Assembly: GCA_963799845.1 (NCBI GenBank)
Contig: CAWCYI010000004.1
Coordinates: forward strand, 1,472,001 to 1,536,000
Source of the DNA: an uncultured Nitrososphaerota archaeon
Lineage (GTDB): Archaea > Thermoproteota > Nitrososphaeria > Nitrososphaerales > CADDZS01
Direction of reading: 5' to 3'
DNA: 64,000 nt
Part shown: piece by piece, positions 31,802-41,446 of the stretch
Layout of the letters: every line of letters starts with the position of its first letter
How positions within the stretch are numbered: the first letter of the stretch is position 1
The notes under the pieces: generated by a model
Told to the model about the DNA's origin: nothing
The model's input: only the letters and a program-made list of their open reading frames with translations
The model's database searches: none
Position numbers and translations under genes: made by a program

Positions 31802-32308
31802 TTGCTTACCAAGTCAAAGATTCACGGCTTCATAGAAGAAGCAAGAAATCTGGTTGCAGACGAGGAAGAACCTTTCAGAACTGCTGCCTTTCAGGTAATT
31901 CTGAGCCATCTTATTTCGAAAGAATCGGATATTGCGTCGCCTGCAGAAAGTCACGTCGTTAACGAGAGTAAAGAGGACGAGAACAAGATTCCCAAAATAA
32001 CTGTGCCGGATGAGAAAATAAGCTACATCAACAATTTAGGCGATTCGGACAAAATTCCGATACTGTGGTCGTTGTCAGACAACGATTGGATGAAGGTCGA
32101 TGACTTTCTTTCGAACGTCGAAGTCGGGATATCAATTGCAAAATCTTGGTCTCCAAAGAAGGGTGGCAATTTCAACAACAGACTATTCAAAGAAAAGAAG
32201 CTGTTTGTCAAGAAGGGAGAAGGTAAAGAAGCCCTGTACAAACTTTCCGCCGACGGAAACCAAAAGGTGAAAGATCTCTTAGAGAATTTCCAAAACGATC
32301 TAAAATAG
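31802..32308 (+). CDS. Hypothetical protein, possible C-terminal winged helix
   Basis: 168-aa ORF; ALYKLSADG wing-like ending. Confidence 0.65.
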   Translation: MLTKSKIHGFIEEARNLVADEEEPFRTAAFQVILSHLISKESDIASPAESHVVNESKEDENKIPKITVPDEKISYINNLGDSDKIPILWSLSDNDWMKVDDFLSNVEVGISIAKSWSPKKGGNFNNRLFKEKKLFVKKGEGKEALYKLSADGNQKVKDLLENFQNDLK

Positions 32309-32324
32309 GAAGATTCTTACAGCT

Positions 32325-32579
32325 TTACGCAAGGCCTGCAGTAACTTCTTTGTCGTACTCCATCCTGGAGATTATCTGGCACTTGTGACGGATCGTGTGA
32401 AATGTGCAGAGAAACATGCCGCATGCACAGTAAAATGCTGCCACTTCATTTGGAGAAGGGTCTTCGGCATAACATGCGAAGCAATACATCGTCCGCCCGA
32501 TCACTTTTACAGACTGCCTGACTTTCTTTGAAGGCTCCAGATCGTCGAGAATTTCCTTGGTGCTTTCCGTGGCAGTCAT
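32325..32579 (-). CDS. Small Zn-finger (B-box/AN1-like) protein
   Basis: CFAC...CACGMFLCTFHTIRHKC. Confidence 0.7.
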   Translation of the reverse strand: MTATESTKEILDDLEPSKKVRQSVKVIGRTMYCFACYAEDPSPNEVAAFYCACGMFLCTFHTIRHKCQIISRMEYDKEVTAGLA

Positions 32580-32711
32580 TCTTCCTCGTTTTCGGTCAAT
32601 CTCTCATCCACCAGGTAAAAGGAAATTATGAGCCCGGACAACGGAGTCGGAATTCATTTTTCGAATTCGTCGATTTTGTTGTAGGAACTCACGCTATTGC
32701 AAGATAGTTCT

Positions 32712-32933
32712 TCAATGAATTGTTTGATGGCGATTCCTCACCGAGTTCCAGAGTCGCGAAAAACCGAATATCTCGAAAAGAGACAACCCGTAAACGAGGA
32801 CGAGCAGCGGTTCGCTTATCCTTAGGTCTAGGACTTGGAATGGCAAGCCGTACGAGTTAAGAATGGCAAGCTCTGATGAGGATGAGAGAAACGAGAGGGT
32901 GGACAGGACCACTAAAACGAGGAACAGTCGCAC
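32712..32933 (-). CDS. Small membrane protein
   Basis: Two hydrophobic segments; TATA-like sequence upstream. Confidence 0.45.
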   Translation of the reverse strand: MRLFLVLVVLSTLSFLSSSSELAILNSYGLPFQVLDLRISEPLLVLVYGLSLFEIFGFSRLWNSVRNRHQTIH

Positions 32934-33021
32934 GAGATAATATAGAGAATATTGACTGGTATATATAACCCGTGTTTTTGTCTTCTTCGGCTACCGAATT
33001 AGTCCACAATCTCCCCCTAAC

Positions 33022-33309
33022 TCATAGTGGTGAGAATTTTTGGATCTCTCCCTTGGAGCCAAATCTTATGATGAACTTGAAGGCAGAACTGTCGTCGCGA
33101 AGGGCAGTCACTTCCCTTCCCCTGTAGTCTCCTTTGATCTTTATCTCTCCGATGGACTCCCAGCCGGTCCTTCTCTTAACTTCGTTGATCATATTCTTGA
33201 ATTGTACCGCGCAAATCTCGCAGCAGAAGAACATCCTCTGCCCCTCGACTTCCTCCCAGTAGTCGCCCCAAGTCGATTCGCAAATCGCGCAGCCTTCAGG
33301 CACTTTCAA
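33022..33309 (-). CDS. TA0938-family (TRASH-like metal-binding) protein
   Basis: GCAICESTWGDYW....FFCCEICA. Confidence 0.75.
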   Translation of the reverse strand: MKVPEGCAICESTWGDYWEEVEGQRMFFCCEICAVQFKNMINEVKRRTGWESIGEIKIKGDYRGREVTALRDDSSAFKFIIRFGSKGEIQKFSPL

Positions 33310-34210
33310 ATTCTTCAGCCCTCACCAGCCTCGCCATCAAGTACCTGTGGAATATATCGATCGATTTCAAAAATGTTGCCTGAACGTTTTCAATCAGTTT
33401 GAATTCCCCGGCGTACTTCTCAACTAGATCGAGAGCTTCCTTCGAATGCCCGACATCCGCCTCGTAGCCCTCCCTCAGGAAATCCTTCGTCTCCTCGGTA
33501 ACGTCGTGACTCGCTGGCTCGAGTATCACTGGGTCAAAATAGCTGATCGTTGCCCCATCTTCACGGAGGGTACGGTCCGCAATCAATTCGAGTCCGTGCA
33601 TGGCGGCCATCGTCTCGACCCAGTGTTCAGTTCTAGCCATATCATCCCAAGATTTGATCGCGGAGGCCGTGTCAGTCAGGGGTGGGGTTGATAATATTTT
33701 TTGTCTGTTGACGCCAAGGCTTTCGCCCATTCTCAAAAGTAGCTCATAATGAGCTGGCCTTTCGGTGCCAATACCACCGAATTCGGTGTTTATGTTGTCT
33801 AATTCGCATAGGGTAGCATCAGTTTTATCTGTCTTGGCCATGATATATGCGCACGACCGCACCCACTGTTTCAAAAAGTGCTGATGCTCAATGACATAAC
33901 CCAGAAGCGTGGATTTCGATGGACGTTGCAGTGCAACTACAAATGGATGTGGTCGCGAGCCGTAGAATCGATCAATGAACCTGAGACGAATCCACTTTTG
34001 CAGGCTTCCACCGGTCTGCCCCAAGTCAAAGTACCGAGCGAGGAGTTGCGAGAGTTCCTTTGCATCTTTCGTCTTTTTTCTAGTCACATAACGGTTGAGC
34101 CACATGACGTGAGCCATATCACTTTTCTCCGCGAAATCGTAGTAGTGCTTGCCGAGCGAGTCGTAGTCGCCGACTGGAAATGTCTTCCCGCACATCGAAC
34201 ACTTTGTCAT
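33296..34210 (-). CDS. Zn-finger fused heme-oxygenase-like dimetal (CADD/PqqC/TenA-fold) protein
   Basis: N-terminal CSMC...H...H; E-x10-H (NTEFGG...AHYELL), GLE and EADVGH metal-ligand pattern. Confidence 0.7.
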   Translation of the reverse strand: MTKCSMCGKTFPVGDYDSLGKHYYDFAEKSDMAHVMWLNRYVTRKKTKDAKELSQLLARYFDLGQTGGSLQKWIRLRFIDRFYGSRPHPFVVALQRPSKSTLLGYVIEHQHFLKQWVRSCAYIMAKTDKTDATLCELDNINTEFGGIGTERPAHYELLLRMGESLGVNRQKILSTPPLTDTASAIKSWDDMARTEHWVETMAAMHGLELIADRTLREDGATISYFDPVILEPASHDVTEETKDFLREGYEADVGHSKEALDLVEKYAGEFKLIENVQATFLKSIDIFHRYLMARLVRAEEFESA

Positions 34211-34238
34211 GTCATTGGGCCTTCCAACTACGGAAAAG

Positions 34239-34453
34239 TCAAAACGGAAATTCCCTTGGGAGCTGCGACCTCACTCCCTGTACTCTTTTTCATTCGAATA
34301 GTTTTCCTTGATGTGAAAAAGCATCTGCTTTACTTCATCCGGCCGCAGTCCACGAGATCCTCCTACCATCTCGATTGTTTCCTCAAAGTCAGCATGGCAT
34401 ACCGAGTAGCAGTTTCGCATTCCTTGAAGGAGTTCGAGTTCCCTGGGCGTCAA
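34239..34453 (-). CDS. Small hypothetical protein (CxxxC/H motif), first gene of the operon; 3' end disturbed
   Basis: ELLQGMRNCYSVCHADFEETIEMV; stop at 34271 with a plausible continuation to about 34239. Confidence 0.55.
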
Positions 34454-34724
34454 TTACCTCGTCATCATTGATCAAAATCCTCAGGAACGTAATAAAAACT
34501 TCCCATGAGTCTTCACACACTTGGCTCACCACTCGTAGTAGTAGTACAGGACAAATCAACGGATCCAAAATCGAAAGAAGTCTATTTGTTGGGAGAGAAA
34601 ATTGAATCGCCCAAAGGAGATTTCAAAGAAAAGTAAACAAGAGATTGGATTCACATTAGAAAGCCCTTCCAGCTCACAAACCGAATTCCGAATCATCTAC
34701 CAGGTGTTCCTCGAAGAGGGCTAA

Positions 34725-35030
34725 CTAAATACCCCACACATAACCACAGTCCGGGCATTTACGAGTGCCTTCTTCATTTGTAGACATTTCGACCCAGCAT
34801 TCAGGACACAGTGGTCTAAAGTTATCGTCACCATAGAGCGTGGTGAAAATTACGTTGAAGTCGTGAACGAGATCGTAATGCCCTTTTAGAAGCTTTTCGA
34901 GTGTGTCAGCGAGGACGTTGTGTACTTCCCCCAGTTTTCCCAAGTTTTCTTCCAACGATAGTAAACGAACACCTGTCTCTTCGAGAGAGTTCGGGCCTTG
35001 CTCTGTCTGTGCCACATCAATTTGCATCAA
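34725..35030 (-). CDS. Coiled-coil plus Zn-ribbon hypothetical protein
   Basis: Heptad region followed by CPEC...CPDCG. Confidence 0.65.
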   Translation of the reverse strand: MMQIDVAQTEQGPNSLEETGVRLLSLEENLGKLGEVHNVLADTLEKLLKGHYDLVHDFNVIFTTLYGDDNFRPLCPECWVEMSTNEEGTRKCPDCGYVWGI

Positions 35031-35676
35031 TTGTCGAGGTGCAGGTAGGTGTTGCAGCTACATTGTTTGCAACTGGCGAGGTTGCGTTGTGCTCTGGAAA
35101 TGTCTTTTCGTCTTCACCTTCGAACGACCTGTCTTCCAGATTTGGTATTTTTGGTTCTTTCGGTGTCCGCTTCAAAACCGCTTTGTTATTCCTCGCTTTT
35201 CCAGGAGTGGATTCAACAAATTCTGAAACAACGGAGGTTTCTTGTGCCAAGTGCAGGAGTGCGGCCTGCGTTGCTGCTTTGGTCTGTGAGAGGTATTGCT
35301 CGAATTTCTGATCCGGAATCGAGGCGATTTTCTGCCAACGCTTCGATTCTTGAGGCTCGATATGGAGTTCCTGCAACGTGGGTACATCATGTCCATGCGT
35401 TCGCTTCTCGGACGCGCCTTTGTTCTTGGGCATTCCTTTTAGGAACTGTCCAGCCTTCCGTTCTGCTCGCAGCTTCAGTTCCAGTGCCTGGGCGTGTGCC
35501 TTATCTGCGCCTTTTGCATTTGCATATGATATTACAGCCGTTGCCATGTCGCGAATCTCTAAAACTTCTGTAAGGGTCTTCGCTTTTTCCAATAAAAGCG
35601 CCGCAGAATTAATATTTTGCAACGCCGTTTCTGAACTACTGGACACACCTTTTGCTTCATCTTCCGACATCTTCAA
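35017..35676 (-). CDS. Phage-type hypothetical protein (domain often N-terminal to viral methyltransferases)
   Basis: IRD.A.A...YA, ELKLRAERKAG..L, L.ELHI....S.RWQKIASIP...FE.Y. Confidence 0.6.
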   Translation of the reverse strand: MKMSEDEAKGVSSSSETALQNINSAALLLEKAKTLTEVLEIRDMATAVISYANAKGADKAHAQALELKLRAERKAGQFLKGMPKNKGASEKRTHGHDVPTLQELHIEPQESKRWQKIASIPDQKFEQYLSQTKAATQAALLHLAQETSVVSEFVESTPGKARNNKAVLKRTPKEPKIPNLEDRSFEGEDEKTFPEHNATSPVANNVAATPTCTSTIDAN

Positions 35677-35737
35677 TACCGATTAGTAGCTGGAACCTCC
35701 TCTAAATCAAGAAAAAAAATCAAAAAGTGGAGTTAGT

Positions 35738-36672
35738 TTGAATCGATCTCTCATAAGCAGTAAACATGTTCGCATTCTAAGCGTTCTCTGGTCTAGCAGC
35801 GAGCAAGGATTGTCCTTTGGCGAAATCAAATCAGAAACCGGACTCTCGACTATCACCACTCAAAAAAAACTCAATGACCTAATAGATGACGGATTTATTG
35901 AAAAAGAAAGAGGAAAGAATGGGAAGTACAGGTTCGTCGATTCTTCAGCCCTTGACTTGTTCTTGCGAGATGCAATAAATTCATCGCAACCGCCGAAATA
36001 AAAGAGTCAGAGGCAGGATACTCTCTTCTCGTGGCAAATGGTAAAGCAATTGATTCGAAACTTTTAGAGGATGACCAATTCATTTCCGCTTTGAATACTC
36101 TGAAAGGAGTAGCCTTCGAAAGAAGATATCGCATATGCCTGAAACTTTGCCGTGTTACTGACAGTGAGATTCAGGCGTACCGCAAAAAGCTCTTTGAGTA
36201 TTTGAAATCCTATATAGATACAGCCCACCAAAAGGAACACAATCTAGTCAAGGACTTCTACGATACTAACCCATCGGACGATCTTCGGGAGGGGTTCACG
36301 CCCATTGAACCAATTGATTCCTTTAGTGAGAAGTTGTTATCATTCGCCCTTTTTGATAATGCGATCTCACAGGGGGACCCTTTGGGAATGGATGGTATTT
36401 ACGAACTAATCGATTTAGCGACTGTTGACAAAATGTTGGTCTTACAACAATATCCAAAGAGCATAAGACAAAAGCTCAAGAAAAATGGAAAACTGAAAAA
36501 ACTTAGAGCTGACCTTGAGGACATAGTCACAAGAACTAATTATGATAAATTTGTCGAGATGCTCAGAAAAAAATCCTTGCTATTAACACCATTGAGCGGA
36601 TTTTCAAATTATGACGACACACAGCACATGATTGACTATGTTAAAAAAATGAATACCATAATAACAGCATAA
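35738..36672 (+). CDS. Winged-helix DNA-binding protein; probably one gene split by an A-run frameshift near 35977
   Basis: LSFGEIKSETGLSTITTQKKLNDLIDDGFIEK; the second frame is open from ..FIATAEIKE into ORF 36031-36672. Confidence 0.6.
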
Positions 36673-36975
36673 TCTAACTGAATGTTCGCCAAGGTCCTCG
36701 CGAGACAACGAACATCTCCCTCCCATCGTTGAACGGCTTCCTTCTTTCTGCAAGTTTGGCTTGAAGAACCGGATTGTCGGAACCGTCGTCGCCTACGAAT
36801 AGCTGAGTGTAGTATTTCGTATCTAGCTTGTTGAGGACTGATTTGAAAAGCTTGATGGGGATTCGGACCCTGAATCACATCGAGGTTCGAGCGCTTCTCA
36901 TCTCCTCCTTGATCTGAAACGATTTGCAATCCTTACAATTGATTAACCCAATCTATTCATCGATTCACGACTATT

Positions 36976-37342
36976 CTACCACTGGAAGTAGTATCCTCTT
37001 TTCCTAAGTTCGGATTCAATTTCCTGCTTCCTTGCTCTAATTAATCTCGCGATATCCAAAACATCAGTATCAATCCATTCCCTAAGTTCTTCCGGAGTGA
37101 GCATATTTCTATAATGAGGGTAGGATTCATTTACAAATTTATCGAGCTTTTGATATTCGTCTCCATGGAGCTTCGCAGTCGTGTACATCTTTAGGGCGTC
37201 GCGAATCACGTTCGTGAGGTTGCTACCCTCCTTCTTAGCGACGAGCACCGTTGCGTCGAAGACAGCCTTGTCTTCTGCCCTAAAATTGAGTGGGTGGACC
37301 CATCGTAGCTTTAGTGTCAGCTTGGTAACTACTCCCTCTCAT
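36976..37342 (-). CDS. Ribbon-helix-helix (CopG-like) protein; N-terminus shifted at TCAGCT 37317-37322
   Basis: HPLNF-RAEDKAVFDATVLVAKKEG-SNLTNVIRDALKMY; deleting one base puts ATG 37342 in frame. Confidence 0.6.
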
Positions 37343-37382
37343 CTGCAGTGTTGTACTGCACGCATGTACTACAAGATTTCGC

Positions 37383-37874
37383 TCAAAGGCTCTCCTCTTC
37401 AGCTTCAATCATGGAAAATATTCTCGCATATTTTGGCATCCATTTCCCTCCCAGTTTCAACGCTCTGTCTATTCCAACTTGAGTGGCTTTCCAGATTCCA
37501 TAGTTCCCTTCACTTGCCGGATGGATCTGTCCTTTTCCAATTAGATTTTTTCTTGAGAACTTGATAATTGTGTCAACGATTTTTCTTCTAGATTGTGGAT
37601 AAACCGCGCTTAAATCAATTGTTGCGAGCTCTTTGAACCATTTGCTTTCAACCTGTTCCAATACTATTTTTGTTCGCAGTCCAACGTTCGGGGATTTCGC
37701 AAGAACACTGAGGATCGGAATCTCGCAACTGTTATGGGTAGGTGCCTTTGTCCAAGTCGAAACATATCTCTTCCTTCTAGTCTTTCTTGGAGAAGGTTCA
37801 AGTTGGGGTAATACAGTTCTTAGCCCAGTTTTTCCTTCAGCCTCGCCTTCCAGAAGTACCGATGGAGTTTTCAA
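37383..37874 (-). CDS. Stand-alone Mrr N-terminal-like winged-helix protein
   Basis: P.......PIL..L, KFSRKNL...G.I, YGIWKATQVG pattern. Confidence 0.55.
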   Translation of the reverse strand: MKTPSVLLEGEAEGKTGLRTVLPQLEPSPRKTRRKRYVSTWTKAPTHNSCEIPILSVLAKSPNVGLRTKIVLEQVESKWFKELATIDLSAVYPQSRRKIVDTIIKFSRKNLIGKGQIHPASEGNYGIWKATQVGIDRALKLGGKWMPKYARIFSMIEAEEESL

Positions 37875-38083
37875 ATCCGTTTCGCGTGAGACAGAAAAGA
37901 GCCCGATAATAGCAGTTGTTGTCTGCTAGATCAGACGACCAGCCTGCTGTGTTAGCTACCCTTGTGTTGCGCGAGTTACGAGTTGAAATAAAAACCATGA
38001 AGGTTCGAGGTCGTTGCGATATACATAACCAGGTTGAAATTCCATACATCACCCTCCCATTTGCCATCTATAAGCTCATGCGA

Positions 38084-38377
38084 TTAATCTAACTTACGAA
38101 TGCCCTTTGGCACATAGTCAAAGAACTTTTCCACGGTCTCACCGGAACTCCATTCTGCTCGAAGCCTTGTACGCTTTTCCACTTTCCGCATTTCAGAAAG
38201 CAGCATGCGGTTGAGATCCCTCGCGTTTTCACCTTCGAGCTCCGCCTGGATTTCAAATCCATCGTCGGTAGATTTAATCGTACCCCTGTTTCCGATCAGC
38301 GATTCAAGAACCGGCTTGATCGCAGAAGGATTGTTGCTGCTGACTTTCGCCGAGAGGACGAATTTTTTCTTGGGCAT
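38084..38377 (-). CDS. Conserved hypothetical protein
   Basis: 97-aa ORF, LEGENARDLNRMLLSEMRKVEKRTRLRAEW; directly downstream of the SBP gene. Confidence 0.7.
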   Translation of the reverse strand: MPKKKFVLSAKVSSNNPSAIKPVLESLIGNRGTIKSTDDGFEIQAELEGENARDLNRMLLSEMRKVEKRTRLRAEWSSGETVEKFFDYVPKGIRKLD

Positions 38378-38391
38378 TGCGCTTCAATCCG

Positions 38392-40620
38392 TTAGTATAG
38401 GGAAGCAAAGTAAAACCCTGTCGGCACCTGCGCGAGCGACGGGTTGAAGTAAAACCCGTTGACGTTCGAAGTCATGACGATGAATGCCTGAGGGTTGAAC
38501 GTCCAGAGATACATCACCTGCTCGTTTGCGAGCTCGTTCATCTCGTTTGTCGCGCTGACCACTTGCTTGAAATCGACGTGGGCCGTGGCATTCACTGCTT
38601 CCTGATAGAGCGGCGCCATGCCGGTCAGGTTCCAGCCATCGGAGAACGAGTAGATCTGGCCTGGCGCATACATCGGACCCAGGAAATCCAAGACCCACGG
38701 ATAATCGTCCCCCCAGCCGCCGATCTGGTACATGTACAGCTCGTCGGAGAAACCCTGCGTGGACATTATGCCAAAAGGTTCAGGGACCACCGAGACGGTC
38801 AGCCCCATGTTGTAGGTCGAGCTCACGTTGTTGATCGCGCTCGCGATCTGGTCGAATATCGCCTCATCCACCGTGTCTCCGGTATAGAACGTTAGAGTGA
38901 TAGATTGCTGCACCGGTTTAGAGCACTGTCCATTGCTGCCCGGGGTCGTGCACCCAAAGGTGTTGTTGAACAACCCGGCCGGCGCAGCGGTGCCGTTCAC
39001 AAATGAAAAGTTAGTTATCGGGTGCATCATCGCGGCGAGGAGGAGGTCCTGCACGGCGGTGAGGTTGAAGCTGTACCTCGGCGTGATCGAGGAGTTGTAA
39101 GCTCCGGCCGGAGGAAGCCCCGGCGGAACGACGTTCGTGGCGACTTGGCCCAGTTCGTTGTTGACCGTCTGGTCAATCACGGTCATATTGACAGAATCGG
39201 CAAATGCCAGCCGCATCCGGATGTCGGCGAACGGCTGGAAGGAATAGAACGTGCCTGTCTGGGAGTCCGTGACGTTCATCGAAAATGGAGCGAACAGAGT
39301 GTAAAATGAGCTGTAGGGCCCGTAGATCGAGACGCCGGGAATGATCGAAGCGAGCGTGTTGTTTGTTAGCCATTCGCTTCTCGCCGCAACATCATAGAGG
39401 TGGTCGGGTTCCACGTCAACGGTCATCGCCTGTCCCGAGTTTGCCGCGTTTTGAAGATCCAGGGTCCTCGTACCCTGCTCGGGGACAAAGTTCACCTTTA
39501 TCGTCCCTATCTTTGGTACCGTCTTTTCGCCGCCCGAATACTGGTAAGGGCCGCCCCAGTAGTTCGGGTTTGCGCGGAGCACGATGTCGTTTGTACTCTG
39601 ATCGAAACTCTGGATCGTGTAGGGCCCGGTTCCGGCGAGAGAACCGGTAGATGATAGGTCAAGATAGGTCGTACCGCACCCCTTTGGAGTTTCACCCGTA
39701 TTGCACGTCGCAGCCTCGTCAACGAAGTACTGGTAAATCTTCGCGGTCTCGCTGCCGTTCAGCGAGGAGAATGGAAGAGTATAGCCCGACTGGTTCCACA
39801 GAGAGATGTCGTTTTGCATAACGTTGCTGGGCGCAATAATGTCCGATCCGATGTCTCCCAGCATGTATTGGAAGGCGAAGTTGGGATTCTCGACGTGGAT
39901 CGTAAAAGTCAGTGGGCCGGTGATTTGTACAAAATTTTCATCCAAGACCTCGTTAACGTAGGTGGAGTTGTATGTCTGCGAGCAGCACAGACTAGAGCTC
40001 AGGCTAGTGTTCATGAGCTGCTGGAGGATGAACGACGCCTGAGTACCGTGCGAGACAGGTGTGCTCCCGTCTTCAATCAAAAGTCGGTTCAGCGAAAAGT
40101 AAACCGAGGTTGAGTTCAGGGGCTCGCCGTCCGCGAAGGTGATGCCGCTTCTGAGGGTAAAATTGTAAGTTGAGAGATCCGGAGAAACAGTGTAGCTCTG
40201 GGCAAGCCACGGGATGATGCAGGAAGAGCAACTGCCGTTGTACCACAGAAGAGGCTCGTAGACGTTCTGGAGAATTGAGTATCCAAACGCGGTATAGGAG
40301 ACGTGAGGATCTAGATAGTCTACGGTGTTGGGCGTTTCCCAGGTCAGCACCTGGGGAATTGCAGCGGTCGAAGAAGTCTCGGTAAATGGCTGGGAGGAAC
40401 TTGTCGTGGATGTTGACGTTTGGGAAGGACTGGTTGTGCCGGTCAGGGAAGTTGTCGTGATGGAAGAAGTTGAAGATGTAGACGAGGATGATGTCGTTGA
40501 TACAGTACCGCGGGCGTAAATTCCAGCAACCGCTGATAGAAACAAAACAATTACGACTATTACAATCAATAGTCCGCGAGAAATAGCCGCTCGTCCGTGC
40601 AATCCGAAAATCTTTCTCAA
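38392..40620 (-). CDS. Family 5 substrate-binding protein, paralogue 3
   Basis: RAAIS plus TM, S/T linker, LDPH, QNVYEPL, FTLRSGITFADG, GTGPY, NPNYWG. Confidence 0.9.
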   Translation of the reverse strand: MRKIFGLHGRAAISRGLLIVIVVIVLFLSAVAGIYARGTVSTTSSSSTSSTSSITTTSLTGTTSPSQTSTSTTSSSQPFTETSSTAAIPQVLTWETPNTVDYLDPHVSYTAFGYSILQNVYEPLLWYNGSCSSCIIPWLAQSYTVSPDLSTYNFTLRSGITFADGEPLNSTSVYFSLNRLLIEDGSTPVSHGTQASFILQQLMNTSLSSSLCCSQTYNSTYVNEVLDENFVQITGPLTFTIHVENPNFAFQYMLGDIGSDIIAPSNVMQNDISLWNQSGYTLPFSSLNGSETAKIYQYFVDEAATCNTGETPKGCGTTYLDLSSTGSLAGTGPYTIQSFDQSTNDIVLRANPNYWGGPYQYSGGEKTVPKIGTIKVNFVPEQGTRTLDLQNAANSGQAMTVDVEPDHLYDVAARSEWLTNNTLASIIPGVSIYGPYSSFYTLFAPFSMNVTDSQTGTFYSFQPFADIRMRLAFADSVNMTVIDQTVNNELGQVATNVVPPGLPPAGAYNSSITPRYSFNLTAVQDLLLAAMMHPITNFSFVNGTAAPAGLFNNTFGCTTPGSNGQCSKPVQQSITLTFYTGDTVDEAIFDQIASAINNVSSTYNMGLTVSVVPEPFGIMSTQGFSDELYMYQIGGWGDDYPWVLDFLGPMYAPGQIYSFSDGWNLTGMAPLYQEAVNATAHVDFKQVVSATNEMNELANEQVMYLWTFNPQAFIVMTSNVNGFYFNPSLAQVPTGFYFASLY

Positions 40621-40883
40621 ACTGATAATTTACCTCAATCCAATTTATTTATCGTTATACCTGTGTGTTGAAAACGATTTTATATGCTTCGAGGATTATC
40701 GTCTAATCTCTTTTAGGGCGACCATCCAATCTTGAACTTTCGTTGACGAGTGCTTCTCAATATTTTTAGATGATTAGTTTTCTGGCGGCATCAGGCTTCA
40801 ACCGTCGTACAAGGCATGATTTAGCTCGATACCGGCGGTAATCCGGACTACACTTAAATTTTGGATTAACGCAAGACAACACC

Positions 40884-41349
40884 ATGCCTCTCTTTGGCGG
40901 AAGCAAGAAAGTAAAGTTTGATGCAAGAAACCCTCCCCCGCGATTTCTGGAAAATCCGCAGGGGTACTCCTTTGTACATAATTTCAAGGTTCACTACAAG
41001 AGGGGAGTACTGCAACCGCTCGCTAACAAGATGGATGTGTCGATCAACAGCCAGTCACCGGAATTGCCGACTCCGCAACTGGTAACGAACGAATTCAATC
41101 AAAGAATGATCATGTCGGTAGCTCACAGCGATACTAAACAGCGGTTCGATTCGGCCTCGTACCACATCACAAACATTGAGTACAAGGAGTCGTTTGCGCT
41201 GGTTTTCAGCTGATGGTGGGACGGTTGCAATCCCGGTTCGGCAGCCCTCAAGTCCACCTGAAAATAATTTTGTATTTTGCCGGAGTTGCGGAAACAAGCT
41301 CAGCGCTGATTCTAAATTCTGCAACAAATGCGGGACGCCCCTAGCGTAA
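40884..41349 (+). CDS. Zinc-ribbon domain protein; frameshift at AGCTGA 41208-41213
   Basis: Deleting one G extends the ORF to FCRSCGNKLSADSKFCNKCGTPL. Confidence 0.75.
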
Positions 41350-41446
41350 AATACGCTATTCGATGTGGACAGCTCAGAAGTTATTCTTAGCTCAAACTAA
41401 GTATCGGCGAAACATCACCAAAGCTTTTCTCTGAACCAAGTCTGGC

